Assembly (NCBI GenBank): GCA_051871335.1
Contig: JBJECS010000286.1
Coordinates: 1 to 32,265, forward strand
Origin: Muribaculaceae bacterium
GTDB lineage: Bacteria > Bacteroidota > Bacteroidia > Bacteroidales > Muribaculaceae
Direction of reading: 5' to 3'
DNA: 32,265 nt
In this document: positions 18,169 to 27,397 of the stretch, in pieces
How positions within the stretch are numbered: position 1 is the first letter of the stretch
Layout: every line of letters starts with the position of its first letter
Position numbers and translations under genes: made by a program
Notes under the pieces: model-generated
Told to the model about the DNA's origin: nothing
Databases searched by the model: none
Seen by the model: only the letters and a program-made list of their open reading frames with translations

Positions 18169-18706
18169 TCACTCTACAAAATTCTTCAGGTCATAAAACA
18201 TCAACCTTGTATCTTCTTCCGAATCTTTATCTGTAAAAAAATCAAATCCGTTCTTTTTGTAAAAATCAATCGCAGAACCCAGCGCATCCACTGTCAAAAA
18301 TCGGCAACCTAACCTCAATACTTTTGTAAATGCATATTTTATACTATCAATTATGAAAGTGCCCATGCCCTCACCAATACAATCGCTGTTGACAGCAAGG
18401 CGGCCTATCTTTACAGCAGGATAGCTACGCCTTCTTTTAGAGTTGGGTATGTTTCTATTCAGCCTATTCCACCTGTTCTTTTCTTCAGGATTAAACGTTA
18501 TTTTGTCTGCCAATAGACTATAGTGGGCAACTGTGATGTCTTTCTCTGTATTCTTCTATCAGATAAGTAACCGCCATCAGCTCTTTTTGGAAAAACTTTG
18601 CGTCTTCAAAAAGAAAACCATTCAAATCACTTTCAGTGCATTCAAATGGTTTTATCGTTGTATCTTGCGATAGTTGTGTATCTGCCTTAGATTTTTTTAA
18701 ATTCAT
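18169..18706 (-). pseudogene. GNAT-family N-acetyltransferase (toxin-like), interrupted by a frameshift
   Basis: The N-terminal part (ATG 18706, MNLKKSK...IKPFECTESDLNGFLFEDAKFFQKELMAVTYLIEE) stops at TAG 18518-18520. The +1 frame is open from 18555 and reads KNTEKDITVAHYSLLADKITFNPEEKNRWNRLN...GCRFLTVDALGSAIDFYKKNGFDFF...TRLMFYDLK through to 18169. Together the parts make one ~179-aa GNAT. The track's 114-aa ORF begins at a TTG inside this continuous sequence. Confidence 0.7.
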
Positions 18707-18718
18707 CACCACTGGAAA

Positions 18719-18865
18719 TTACTGATTGATTTCATCATTTCGTAAGCTTTTTTTTGCTCGTTCTTTCTCTTCTTCAGACACATGACGCCGTTTCGATATG
18801 AGTTTCTCAAATCGAGCAGCATCTTCTCCATACAATTCCGGTGTCTCTTTTATAGGTCTCGCCAT
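18719..18865 (-). CDS. 48-codon ORF upstream of the GNAT gene; candidate antitoxin or small regulator (not in the ORF track)
   Basis: My translation is MARPIKETPELYGEDAARFEKLISKRRHVSEEEKERAKKSLRNDEINQ*. Its own TAACTTTG box lies 19 nt upstream (18884-18891). It ends 12 nt before the GNAT ATG. It contains an A8 run (plus-strand T8 at 18748-18755). Confidence 0.5.
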   Translation of the reverse strand: MARPIKETPELYGEDAARFEKLISKRRHVSEEEKERAKKSLRNDEINQ

Positions 18866-18883
18866 ACTCTTATATATTTTCTG

Positions 18884-18891
18884 CAAAGTTA
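18884..18891 (-). promoter_or_regulatory. -7 promoter box (TAACTTTG on the minus strand) for the small ORF / GNAT cassette
   Basis: Plus-strand CAAAGTTA, an exact consensus match, lies just upstream of the ATG at 18865. Confidence 0.45.
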
Positions 18892-18946
18892 CAATATTTT
18901 GCTATATTTTCCAAAACCTCACTCTATTTTTCCAAAAAAAATTTGC

Positions 18947-18954
18947 TAACTTTG
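18947..18954 (+). promoter_or_regulatory. -7 promoter box TAACTTTG upstream of the DUF4105 gene
   Basis: Exact consensus match, but only 5 nt before the ATG at 18960. This implies a leaderless or near-leaderless mRNA, or use of another promoter. Confidence 0.35.
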
Positions 18955-18959
18955 CAGAC

Positions 18960-20138
18960 ATGAAACAGACAATAACTACACTACTCATATTCCTTTCAGC
19001 ATTTTGTGCTACTGCTGATAACACTGTGGCAATCAGCATGATTACCACAGCGCAAGGACGACAAATCTATGAGCTGGAAGGACATGCGGCAATGAGAATT
19101 ACCGTTGGAGACAGCATCGACTATGTAATCAACTGGGGGCTTTTTGATTTCTCCGCTCCTAATTTTGTGGGGCGCTTCGTATCCGGCGAAACCGACTATA
19201 TGTGCGGCGCTGTCCCCACCGATTATTTTCTCAACTCCTACAAAGCAGAGGGGCGGACTGTTTACGAGCAGAAACTCGACATTCCGCAAGACGTGGCGCG
19301 GAAGATTTTGGACTTGGTCAATAAAAACCTAACACCTCCAAACAACGTCTATCGATACAACTACATAAAAAACAACTGCGCAACACAACCCATGGACATC
19401 GTAGAGAAAGCTCTCGGGCAAAAACTTGCGTATCAAGACTATATGCCGGAAATTTCCACTTACCGACAGGCTATGGATTACTATCACCAAAACTACCCTT
19501 GGTATCAGTTCGGCATCGACATTGCCCTTGGCTGCGGAATCGACCACCAAATTTCGCCTCGCGAAAAAGTTTTCGCTCCCACCATGCTCACTCACCTACT
19601 CTCGTCAGCGACTTATACTATAGACGGGAAGCAAAAGAAAATTGTCAGCACCACCGTAATCTATGGCGATGAAAATGCCGACATCACTTGCTCCCCCACC
19701 CCTTGGCGACAGTCGCCAATGTGCGTCGCAATCGTAATCCTCGCCCTCGCAGCTATCGTAACAGTCTATGATTTAAGGAGAAAAACAGTCAGTCTATGGC
19801 TGGACACTATCATTTATGTCCCCGTCATTCTCTGCTCGCTCCTCCTCACTTTTCTAATCTTCAAATCAACACACGAAGCCACATCTCCAAACTTTAATTA
19901 CCTGTGGTTAAGCCCGGTGAGCATTGCAATTTTGCCACTAATGTGGATAAATAAGTCAAAAATGTTGGCAGTCTCGCCTATTTTGCTTAACTTTGTGTGC
20001 TTAATTGCGTATCTCATAGTGATTTCCATAGGCATTCAGACAGCTAACCCCGCATTCCCGCCTATCGTAATCGCCTTATTGTTACGCAGTTACACATATT
20101 TACACATAGCCCGATGGCAAAGAAAAAACAAAAACTGA
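18960..20138 (+). CDS. DUF4105 (Lnb N-terminal periplasmic domain) protein with a C-terminal multi-TM region
   Basis: I trimmed the track ORF (18798..) to MKQTITTLLIFLSAFCATA, a signal peptide. The upstream 54 codons overlap the opposite-strand small ORF and promoter DNA. Motif: HAAMRI...INWGLFDF. Several hydrophobic helices occur in the last ~120 aa. Confidence 0.7.
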   Translation: MKQTITTLLIFLSAFCATADNTVAISMITTAQGRQIYELEGHAAMRITVGDSIDYVINWGLFDFSAPNFVGRFVSGETDYMCGAVPTDYFLNSYKAEGRTVYEQKLDIPQDVARKILDLVNKNLTPPNNVYRYNYIKNNCATQPMDIVEKALGQKLAYQDYMPEISTYRQAMDYYHQNYPWYQFGIDIALGCGIDHQISPREKVFAPTMLTHLLSSATYTIDGKQKKIVSTTVIYGDENADITCSPTPWRQSPMCVAIVILALAAIVTVYDLRRKTVSLWLDTIIYVPVILCSLLLTFLIFKSTHEATSPNFNYLWLSPVSIAILPLMWINKSKMLAVSPILLNFVCLIAYLIVISIGIQTANPAFPPIVIALLLRSYTYLHIARWQRKNKN

Positions 20139-21736
20139 CCCGCAATATCGTTAGCCTCATATTAGCCACTATGGCTACTGTGACGCTTTCAGCACAGCCC
20201 GCAGGAAGACCCTCGCTGGTTGTGAATATTGTTGTAGATGGGCTGTCGCTGGACTATATTAACCTGCTCAAAGACCAATTTACCGACGGGGGACTGCAAC
20301 GGATAATGCGAGACGGAGTGACAATCACAGACCTCAACTTCGGCTCTGTACTCGACCCCGCCGCTTCCACCGCAATTATTCAGACTGGTGCAAGCCCGGC
20401 CATGAACGGCGTAGCATCATCCTTGGTTTACGACCGGGCAAGCCGACGCACACTTTCGTTTTTCATCGACTCTTCAACACTCGGAAATTTCACAAACGAA
20501 ACTTACTCTCCCCGAGCCCTCCGCGTCTCCACAATCGGTGATGAGCTGAGAATTGCCTCACAGGGACTTAACCACGTCTATTCTATATGCCCTGACGCAG
20601 CGCAAGCCATCATAATGGCAGGACACAAAGGCAACAGCGCATTCTGGATTGACAACACTACCGGCAAATGGGCTACCTCCACTTACTACAAAGACGCGCC
20701 TTACACTATACAGACGCGAAACCGTATGCAGCCACTGGACATGAGGCTGGACACAATGGCATGGAAGTCCGCCCTCAGCCCGGAGTTATACCCGGACCTG
20801 CCAAACTATAAGAAACTATACTCTTTCCGCCACACATTCTATCGTACTGACCCACAGAGAATTGTCCACTATAAGAATACTCCACTCGTAAACACGGAAG
20901 TGACCTCCATTGCAAGTGACTATATAAAGTCGCTCAGCTTGGGCAAAGGTGAAAACATCGACATGCTAAACCTTAGCTACACTGTCACCCCATTCATCTA
21001 TGGCGACGACCATGACAACAGAATGGAGCAAATGGACAGCTACATTAGGCTCGACAGAGAAATTAAGAGCCTTATCACAGCCATAGACACAAACGGGCCG
21101 GGAATGGACCGCACTATGATTGTAATTACCGGGCTTCCGAGCAACGTCACAAGGCGTCGTAGCAAAGAAAACGAGTGGGACACTCCGGCGGGAGAATTTT
21201 CTCCACGAAAAGCCATTTCACTGCTAAATATTTATTTAATAGCTATTTACGGCAACGGAGAATGGGTTATCGGTTACGACCAGAACCAGTTTTATCTAAA
21301 CCACGAGCTAATAAAGCAGCGTGATATAGACCTTGCGGCAATTCGCTCTGAGTCTGCACGTTTCCTCAATCGGATGGCTGGCATTTCCGAGGCACAGACA
21401 ATCGACGACATCATTGCAGAACGAATTGGAGAGACAGCAACTCCTCCACGACGTAACATAAATCAGGATTTTGCCGCAGACATATACATCTCCACCTTCC
21501 CCGGATGGGACATCGTGGACGACGGTACTGTATCTCCTAATCCTGACATCTACCCGAAAATTCAGCGACAGACCGCGCCTATCGCACCCGCCTTCATCCT
21601 TGCTCCGAATATTAAAAGCAAGACTATAACCGGTGCTGTAGACCCGCGTGCCATTGCGCCTACTATCACATCTATCTTGCGTATCCGCTCGCCAAATGCG
21701 GCTACTCAGCCCCCTCTCCGACTCGACTTCAAATAA
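20114..21736 (+). CDS. alkaline phosphatase superfamily protein (NPP/phosphodiesterase-like), secreted
   Basis: 540 aa with signal peptide [28 protein letters not shown]. The metal-site-like segment [14 protein letters not shown] is followed by ...[17 protein letters not shown]. It overlaps the upstream gene by 25 nt. Confidence 0.65.
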   Translation: MAKKKQKLTRNIVSLILATMATVTLSAQPAGRPSLVVNIVVDGLSLDYINLLKDQFTDGGLQRIMRDGVTITDLNFGSVLDPAASTAIIQTGASPAMNGVASSLVYDRASRRTLSFFIDSSTLGNFTNETYSPRALRVSTIGDELRIASQGLNHVYSICPDAAQAIIMAGHKGNSAFWIDNTTGKWATSTYYKDAPYTIQTRNRMQPLDMRLDTMAWKSALSPELYPDLPNYKKLYSFRHTFYRTDPQRIVHYKNTPLVNTEVTSIASDYIKSLSLGKGENIDMLNLSYTVTPFIYGDDHDNRMEQMDSYIRLDREIKSLITAIDTNGPGMDRTMIVITGLPSNVTRRRSKENEWDTPAGEFSPRKAISLLNIYLIAIYGNGEWVIGYDQNQFYLNHELIKQRDIDLAAIRSESARFLNRMAGISEAQTIDDIIAERIGETATPPRRNINQDFAADIYISTFPGWDIVDDGTVSPNPDIYPKIQRQTAPIAPAFILAPNIKSKTITGAVDPRAIAPTITSILRIRSPNAATQPPLRLDFK

Positions 21737-21773
21737 ATTCAATCAAGACAACAATAAAATTTCAATATACAAT

Positions 21774-24700
21774 ATGTCATTCCTCAGTTTCTTAGGCAAA
21801 CTCTTTGGTAACAAGTCTGAAAAAGACCTCAAGGAAATTCAGCCTATTCTGGACAAAATTCTCGCCGAAGAACCTGCTCTCGGCGCGCTCAGCAACGACG
21901 AACTGCGCGACAAAATCACTCAAATCCGCTTTGGCATTAAGAGTGCCATTACAGACAATGAGGCTAAAGTCGCTGAGCTAAAAGTTAAAATCGAAGAAAC
22001 CCCGGTGGAAAAACGCCAGCCACTTTGGGACGAAATAGATAAGCTCGAAAAGGAAATCATCGAGACTATAGACAGAAAGCTCGACGAGGCACTCCCTGTA
22101 GTTTTCGCAGCTATACGTGAGACGGCTCGCCGCTTTGCCGCTAACGAAACCATTGAAGTTACTGCTACCGACATGGACCGCGACCTCGCCGCCCAGGGCA
22201 AAGACTTTGTAAGCATCGAAGGAGACAAAGCTCTTTGGAAAAATCACTGGATTGCCGGTGGTAACGAAATCACCTGGGATATGGTTCACTACAACGTCCA
22301 GCTCATCGGTGGTATCGTCCTCCACCAAGGCAAAATCGCAGAGATGGCTACCGGTGAAGGTAAGACCCTCGTTGCAACACTCCCTGTTTTCCTCCGCTCA
22401 CTCTCCGGACGAGGAGTTCACGTTGTCACCGTAAACGACTACCTTGCAAAACGTGACTCTGAGTGGATGGGACCTCTGTATATGTTCCATGGTTCAACCG
22501 TTGACTGCATTGACAAGCACGAACCTAATACACTTGAACGCCGACGCGCTTACGAGTGCGACATCACTTTCGGTACTAACAACGAATTTGGTTTCGACTA
22601 CCTCCGCGACAACATGGCAATGAAGCCTGACGACCTCGTGCAGCGCAAGCATTACTACGCTATTGTCGATGAGGTGGACTCTGTCCTCATTGACGATGCC
22701 CGTACACCACTCATCATCTCCGGTCCTGTTGCTAAGGGCGACGACCAGCTATTCGACGAATATAAGGAAAACGTCAAGCGCGTTGTAGAGGCACAGAGAA
22801 AGCTCGTCACTCAGATTCTCTCTGAAGCAAAGACCAAAATCGCTTCCGGCGACAAAGAACAGCAAAAAGAAGGTGCAATCCTCCTTTTCCGCGCGTTCAA
22901 GGGACTCCCTAAAAACAGCGCACTCATCAAGTTCCTCAGCCAGGAGGGTATGAAAAATCTCCTCCTCGAGACCGAGGCTTATTACTTGCAAGATAATTCA
23001 CGAGAAATGCCTTTCATCACAGACCCGCTATTCTTCATCATTGATGAGAAAAACCGCAGCGTAGAGCTCACTGATAAAGGTATCGACGTGCTGACCGGAG
23101 CCTCTCAAGACCCGAAATTCTTCGTTCTCCCCGACATTGCCGCAGAACTTTCCGAAATTGAGACTATTACCGACGCAGCTGAGCGTCAGCAGCGAAAAGA
23201 CGACGCTATGCAAAACTATGCAATCAAGGCTGAGCGCGTACACACAGTCACACAGCTCCTCAAGGCATACACCCTCTTTGAAAAAGACGTGGAATACGTC
23301 ATCGACGATAATAAAATCAAGATTGTTGACGAGCAGACAGGACGTATCATGGAAGGCCGCCGATACAGCGACGGGCTTCATCAGGCAATCGAAGCTAAGG
23401 AAGGCGTCAAGGTTGAAGCTGCTACTCAGACTTTCGCCACTATCACCCTCCAGAACTACTTCCGTATGTATCACAAACTCGCCGGTATGACCGGTACCGC
23501 AGAGACGGAAGCTGGGGAATTTTGGGATATCTACAAGCTCGACGTGGTAACTATCCCTACAAACCGTCCTATCCGACGCATCGACATGAACGACCGCGTC
23601 TATAAGACAAAACGCGAAAAATATAATGCCGTTATTGAGGAAATCAAACGTCTACACGAAATCGGACGTCCGGTACTCGTCGGCACTACTTCTGTTGAAA
23701 TTTCCGAGCTCCTGAGCCGTATGCTCAAGATGAATCATATCGAACACCAGGTTCTCAATGCAAAGCTACACCAAAAGGAAGCCGAAATCGTAAAATTCGC
23801 AGGACGACCGGGTGCGGTAACTATCGCCACCAACATGGCTGGTCGTGGTACCGACATCAAGCTTCCGCAGGAAGTTAAAGACCTTCACGACCCGGAAATC
23901 ATTGAAAAGAGCACGAAGGAAGGCATTGGCGGACTTGCCATCATCGGTACTGAGCGACATGAGTCTCGCCGTGTTGACCGTCAGCTCCGCGGACGTTCCG
24001 GACGTCAGGGAGACCCGGGCTCTTCTGTTTTCTACGTTTCATTCGAAGACCAGCTGATGCGACTCTTCGCCACAGACAGCGTCATGAAGATGCTGGACCG
24101 TCTCGGGCTTGAAGAAGGCGAACGAATTGAAGCCGGAATGGTGACTAAAGCAATCGAAAACGCACAGAAACGCGTAGAGGAAAACAACTTTGGTATCCGA
24201 AAACGACTCCTTGAATACGACGACGTGATGAACAAGCAGCGTACTTACATCTACTCTCGCCGCCGCCACGCCCTGCTTGGAGAACGCATCGAGATGGACC
24301 TGCAAAACATGCTCTACGACCTGATTGAAAACTCAGTTAAGAATTGCTTCTTCTACAGCGACCTCGAGGACGAAATGATGCGCAGCCTTACTATCGCTCT
24401 CCCGTTCACTGAAGACGAATACACCCGAATGTCTGAAGAAGACCGCATAGCTAAAATTTACGATGCAGCGGCTGAAGCTCGCGAACGTCGCAATGAACGC
24501 ATCTGCGAAGTAGCCCTACCCGTCATCAAAGACTGGGTAGAGAACCGTGGAGCTACAGGACGTATACAGGTACCTATCACAGACGGGAAACGTGTATTCA
24601 GAATTATTGTAGATATTACCGAGGCTTATAAGACCGACTGCAAGTCTATTGTCAAGGAATGGCACAAGCTGCTCCTGCTCTTCTCTATCGACGAACTCTG

Positions 24701-25145
24701 GAAAGAACATCTCCGCGAGCTCGACCAACTACGCCAAAGCGTACAAAATGCATCTTACGAACAGAAAGACCCGCTCGTAATATACAAAATCGAGTCATTC
24801 CACCTGTTTGAGACTATGCTCAGCCAGCTTAACAGCAAAGCTATGGCAGCACTTATGCACGGACAGATTTTCGTACAGACTTCCCCACCAAGCCAGGAGG
24901 GTACTGAGCAGCGTCAGGTAAAAGTTGACAGGGCCATCGCAGACAATAAAACCGACTACTCTCGCTACAAGACCAGCAAGGAAAGCGTTCCGGGCGAAAA
25001 TGCACAGCGTCAGGCTGCATCTGCTCCACAAGGAGCTCCACAGCCAAAAATGCCGACCATCGTTGGACCGAAAGTAGGTCGCAACGACCCTTGTCCTTGC
25101 GGCAGCGGCAAGAAATTCAAAAACTGTCACGGAAAAGGCATGTAA
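21774..25145 (+). CDS. secA: preprotein translocase ATPase SecA
   Basis: I trimmed to [22 protein letters not shown] (ATG 21774). Motifs are Walker [34 protein letters not shown], and the C-terminal zinc-binding [14 protein letters not shown]. Length is 1123 aa. Confidence 0.95.
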   Translation: MSFLSFLGKLFGNKSEKDLKEIQPILDKILAEEPALGALSNDELRDKITQIRFGIKSAITDNEAKVAELKVKIEETPVEKRQPLWDEIDKLEKEIIETIDRKLDEALPVVFAAIRETARRFAANETIEVTATDMDRDLAAQGKDFVSIEGDKALWKNHWIAGGNEITWDMVHYNVQLIGGIVLHQGKIAEMATGEGKTLVATLPVFLRSLSGRGVHVVTVNDYLAKRDSEWMGPLYMFHGSTVDCIDKHEPNTLERRRAYECDITFGTNNEFGFDYLRDNMAMKPDDLVQRKHYYAIVDEVDSVLIDDARTPLIISGPVAKGDDQLFDEYKENVKRVVEAQRKLVTQILSEAKTKIASGDKEQQKEGAILLFRAFKGLPKNSALIKFLSQEGMKNLLLETEAYYLQDNSREMPFITDPLFFIIDEKNRSVELTDKGIDVLTGASQDPKFFVLPDIAAELSEIETITDAAERQQRKDDAMQNYAIKAERVHTVTQLLKAYTLFEKDVEYVIDDNKIKIVDEQTGRIMEGRRYSDGLHQAIEAKEGVKVEAATQTFATITLQNYFRMYHKLAGMTGTAETEAGEFWDIYKLDVVTIPTNRPIRRIDMNDRVYKTKREKYNAVIEEIKRLHEIGRPVLVGTTSVEISELLSRMLKMNHIEHQVLNAKLHQKEAEIVKFAGRPGAVTIATNMAGRGTDIKLPQEVKDLHDPEIIEKSTKEGIGGLAIIGTERHESRRVDRQLRGRSGRQGDPGSSVFYVSFEDQLMRLFATDSVMKMLDRLGLEEGERIEAGMVTKAIENAQKRVEENNFGIRKRLLEYDDVMNKQRTYIYSRRRHALLGERIEMDLQNMLYDLIENSVKNCFFYSDLEDEMMRSLTIALPFTEDEYTRMSEEDRIAKIYDAAAEARERRNERICEVALPVIKDWVENRGATGRIQVPITDGKRVFRIIVDITEAYKTDCKSIVKEWHKLLLLFSIDELWKEHLRELDQLRQSVQNASYEQKDPLVIYKIESFHLFETMLSQLNSKAMAALMHGQIFVQTSPPSQEGTEQRQVKVDRAIADNKTDYSRYKTSKESVPGENAQRQAASAPQGAPQPKMPTIVGPKVGRNDPCPCGSGKKFKNCHGKGM

Positions 25146-25741
25146 TGCTGCCCATCTGCAACATATCAGGTATAAACGAAGCAGGAACAGACGAAGCCGG
25201 TCGTGGTTGTCTTGCCGGACCGGTCTTCGCAGCTGCCGTCATTGTGCCTGACGACTTTCAAAATGAGCTGATTAACGACTCTAAAAAGCTCACCGAACGA
25301 CGACGCGAGCTTCTTCGCCCCATCATTGAAGCTGAAGCTATTGCTTGGGCGGTAGGCGTGGTTTCCGCACAGGAAATAGACAAAATCAATATCCTTAATG
25401 CGTCTATCCTTGCCATGCACCGCGCTCTCGACGCTCTCCCCATCCGACCTGGAGCCGTGATTGTAGATGGTAACAGATTTAAGCCATACGGCGACATCGA
25501 TTGCCGCACGTTTGTCAAGGGTGACGGCAGATTTGCCAACATTGCCGCAGCTTCAATCCTCGCAAAGACTCATCGTGACGAATTTATGCGACGAATACAC
25601 GATGAATACCCTATGTATCACTGGGACGTGAACAAGGGATACCCAACAAAGGCGCACCGACAGGCTATCGAGCAATTCGGTCCCTCGCCTTACCACCGAA
25701 TGAGCTTCACCCTCATCGACCCGCAGCTGAAACTTTTCTAA
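25145..25741 (+). CDS. rnhB: ribonuclease HII
   Basis: I trimmed to MLPICNISG... (ATG 25145), which overlaps the secA stop by 1 nt (TAATG). Motifs: GTDEAGRGCLAGPV, VDGN, ASILAK. Confidence 0.9.
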   Translation: MLPICNISGINEAGTDEAGRGCLAGPVFAAAVIVPDDFQNELINDSKKLTERRRELLRPIIEAEAIAWAVGVVSAQEIDKINILNASILAMHRALDALPIRPGAVIVDGNRFKPYGDIDCRTFVKGDGRFANIAAASILAKTHRDEFMRRIHDEYPMYHWDVNKGYPTKAHRQAIEQFGPSPYHRMSFTLIDPQLKLF

Positions 25742-25786
25742 TAATAACATTAGTCATACTTATATTAACAAAACCAAAATTTTATC

Positions 25787-27226
25787 ATGAAAAAATTCTT
25801 CATTTTTTCTGCCATAGCTACAATGCTTGGCTCTCTCTTCAGTTGCTCCGGCAACAAGGCTCAGGAAAACGCTACAGTTGAGCGTGACTCCACTTACACT
25901 TCACTCATTCAGCCTGAATGGAGCCGTAACGCTGTTATTTATGAAGTAAATTGGCGCCAAATCACAAATGAAGGCACAATCGAAGCTCTCGGCGACCAGC
26001 TCCCGAGACTCAAAGACCTCGGCGTAGACATTCTCTGGCTCATGCCAATCCACCCAATCTCTGAACTTAACCGCAAAGGCGAGCTCGGAAGCTACTACGC
26101 CGTACGCGACTACAAAGATGTCAACCCAGAACTCGGAAACATCGACTCTTTCAAGGCTTTCGTAGCAAAAGCTCACGAACTTGGATTTAAAGTTATCATA
26201 GACTGGGTTCCAAACCACACCGGTTGTGACAATGCTTGGGTTACTGAACACCCTGAATACTACGCACTTAACGAAGAAGGCAAAATGTATGGTCCTTTTG
26301 ACTGGACTGACACTTACAAACTCGACTACTCAAAGCCTGAGACTCGCGCTGCTATGACAGACGCCCTCCTCTTCTGGGTAAAGGAAATCGGAATCGACGG
26401 ATTCCGCTGCGACGTTGCCGGTGAAGTGCCTACAGATTTCTGGAATGAAGTGAGACCTACTCTCGACGCTGCTAAAGAAGGCGGTGTTTTCATGCTCGCC
26501 GAAGCAAGCAAGCCTGAACTTCAGAAAGAAGGCTTCAACATGGGTTACAACTGGCCTATGAAAGACCTTTTCAGCGAAATAGCCGCTACTGCAGGTCAAT
26601 ACACTTACACTAACAAGGAAACTGGAGAAATACGTCAATTTCCTGTTAAACACGCCGTTGCCATTGACTCTCTCCTCGCCGCTCAGGCTCAGGAATATCC
26701 AAAAGATTCATACCTGATGAACATGATTACAAATCACGACCTCAACTCTTGGGAAGGTACTGAATTTGAACGTCTTGGCAACCTTCAGGCGGCTTTTGCC
26801 GTTCTTTCTTACACTCTCCCGGGCATGCCTCTAATCTACACAGGTCAAGAAACCGGTATGAACCGCGCATTTGAGTTCTTCAAGAAAGATACAGCTCCTG
26901 AATTTGAGCCTCGCAACGAGTATTTTACATTCTATCAGAAGCTTAATGCACTCAAGCACTCACAGCCGGCACTCAAGGCAGGACTTGAAGGCGGAGAAAT
27001 GGTTCGCTACGCAACAGAGTCTGACGACCTATACATTTTCTCTCGCTGCAAAGACGAGCAGCCTGTAATCGTAATGCTTAACCTTGGCAAAGACTCTGCA
27101 GAAATTAAGTACACCGCAGACGCTCCTAAAGCTTGTGACTGTCTCATCAACTATTTCACAGGTGAAGCTGAAGAATATCCTACAACTCTCGCTCCAGGCG
27201 AATATCGCATCTACGTTAAGAAATAA
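25787..27226 (+). CDS. GH13 alpha-amylase family glycoside hydrolase, lipoprotein
   Basis: 479 aa with lipobox LGSLFSC. The GH13 conserved regions are VIIDWVPNHTG (I), DGFRCDVAGE (II), FMLAEA (III) and MITNHD (IV). Confidence 0.88.
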   Translation: MKKFFIFSAIATMLGSLFSCSGNKAQENATVERDSTYTSLIQPEWSRNAVIYEVNWRQITNEGTIEALGDQLPRLKDLGVDILWLMPIHPISELNRKGELGSYYAVRDYKDVNPELGNIDSFKAFVAKAHELGFKVIIDWVPNHTGCDNAWVTEHPEYYALNEEGKMYGPFDWTDTYKLDYSKPETRAAMTDALLFWVKEIGIDGFRCDVAGEVPTDFWNEVRPTLDAAKEGGVFMLAEASKPELQKEGFNMGYNWPMKDLFSEIAATAGQYTYTNKETGEIRQFPVKHAVAIDSLLAAQAQEYPKDSYLMNMITNHDLNSWEGTEFERLGNLQAAFAVLSYTLPGMPLIYTGQETGMNRAFEFFKKDTAPEFEPRNEYFTFYQKLNALKHSQPALKAGLEGGEMVRYATESDDLYIFSRCKDEQPVIVMLNLGKDSAEIKYTADAPKACDCLINYFTGEAEEYPTTLAPGEYRIYVKK

Positions 27227-27251
27227 TTCAAATTCTTGAAACAAATTAATT

Positions 27252-27290
27252 AGCGGGGCATCCTCCTTTTGCGGATTGCCCCGCTTTTTA
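27252..27290 (+). terminator. rho-independent terminator after the GH13 gene
   Basis: AGCGGGGCA-TCC pairs with GGATTGCCCCGCT (one bulged base). The GC-rich stem is followed by TTTTT (27285-27289). Confidence 0.8.
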
Positions 27291-27332
27291 TACATTCATA
27301 TGGCATATTTTTGCCATATGGAAAAAATTCAC

Positions 27333-27340
27333 TACCTTTG
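27333..27340 (+). promoter_or_regulatory. -7 promoter box TACCTTTG upstream of yhhQ
   Basis: Exact TAnnTTTG match. A TTTG at 27310-27313 could serve as the -33 element. The predicted TSS lies roughly 20 nt upstream of the riboswitch stem. Confidence 0.5.
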
Positions 27341-27363
27341 TATTGACAAAATAATTATTAACA

Positions 27364-27394
27364 CCGAGTGCTTGCTACCTCGTTAAAAACAAGA
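27364..27394 (+). promoter_or_regulatory. candidate preQ1-I riboswitch aptamer in the yhhQ leader
   Basis: P1 is CGAG (27365-27368) pairing with CUCG (27379-27382), with a 10-nt loop UGCUUGCUAC and tail UUAAAAACAAG. Loop CUUG (27371-27374) is complementary to tail CAAG (27390-27393), giving an H-type pseudoknot. The layout parallels the T. tengcongensis aptamer CUGGGUCGCAGUAACCCCAGUUAACAAAACAAGG, which I am quoting from memory. It ends 4 nt before the ATG of a queuosine-precursor transporter gene. Confidence 0.6.
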
Positions 27395-27397
27395 ACA

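Noticed and set aside
18880-18958. Perfect 12-bp inverted repeat TCTGCAAAGTTA (18880-18891) / TAACTTTGCAGA (18947-18958), considered as inverton boundaries.
   Set aside because: The two arms are the divergently oriented -7 promoter boxes. The extended form TAACTTTGCAG also occurs at the fabD and cargo-gene promoters. The repeat is explained by two back-to-back promoters, and the 55-bp interval is too short for a typical invertible element.
18798-18959. N-terminal extensions of track ORFs: DUF4105 (18798-18959), secA (21648-21773), rnhB (25091-25144), yhhQ (27368-27397) and HAD (28041-28091).
   Set aside because: Each extension overlaps an upstream gene, promoter or riboswitch. In each case an internal ATG gives the canonical N-terminus, either a signal peptide or a conserved family start.
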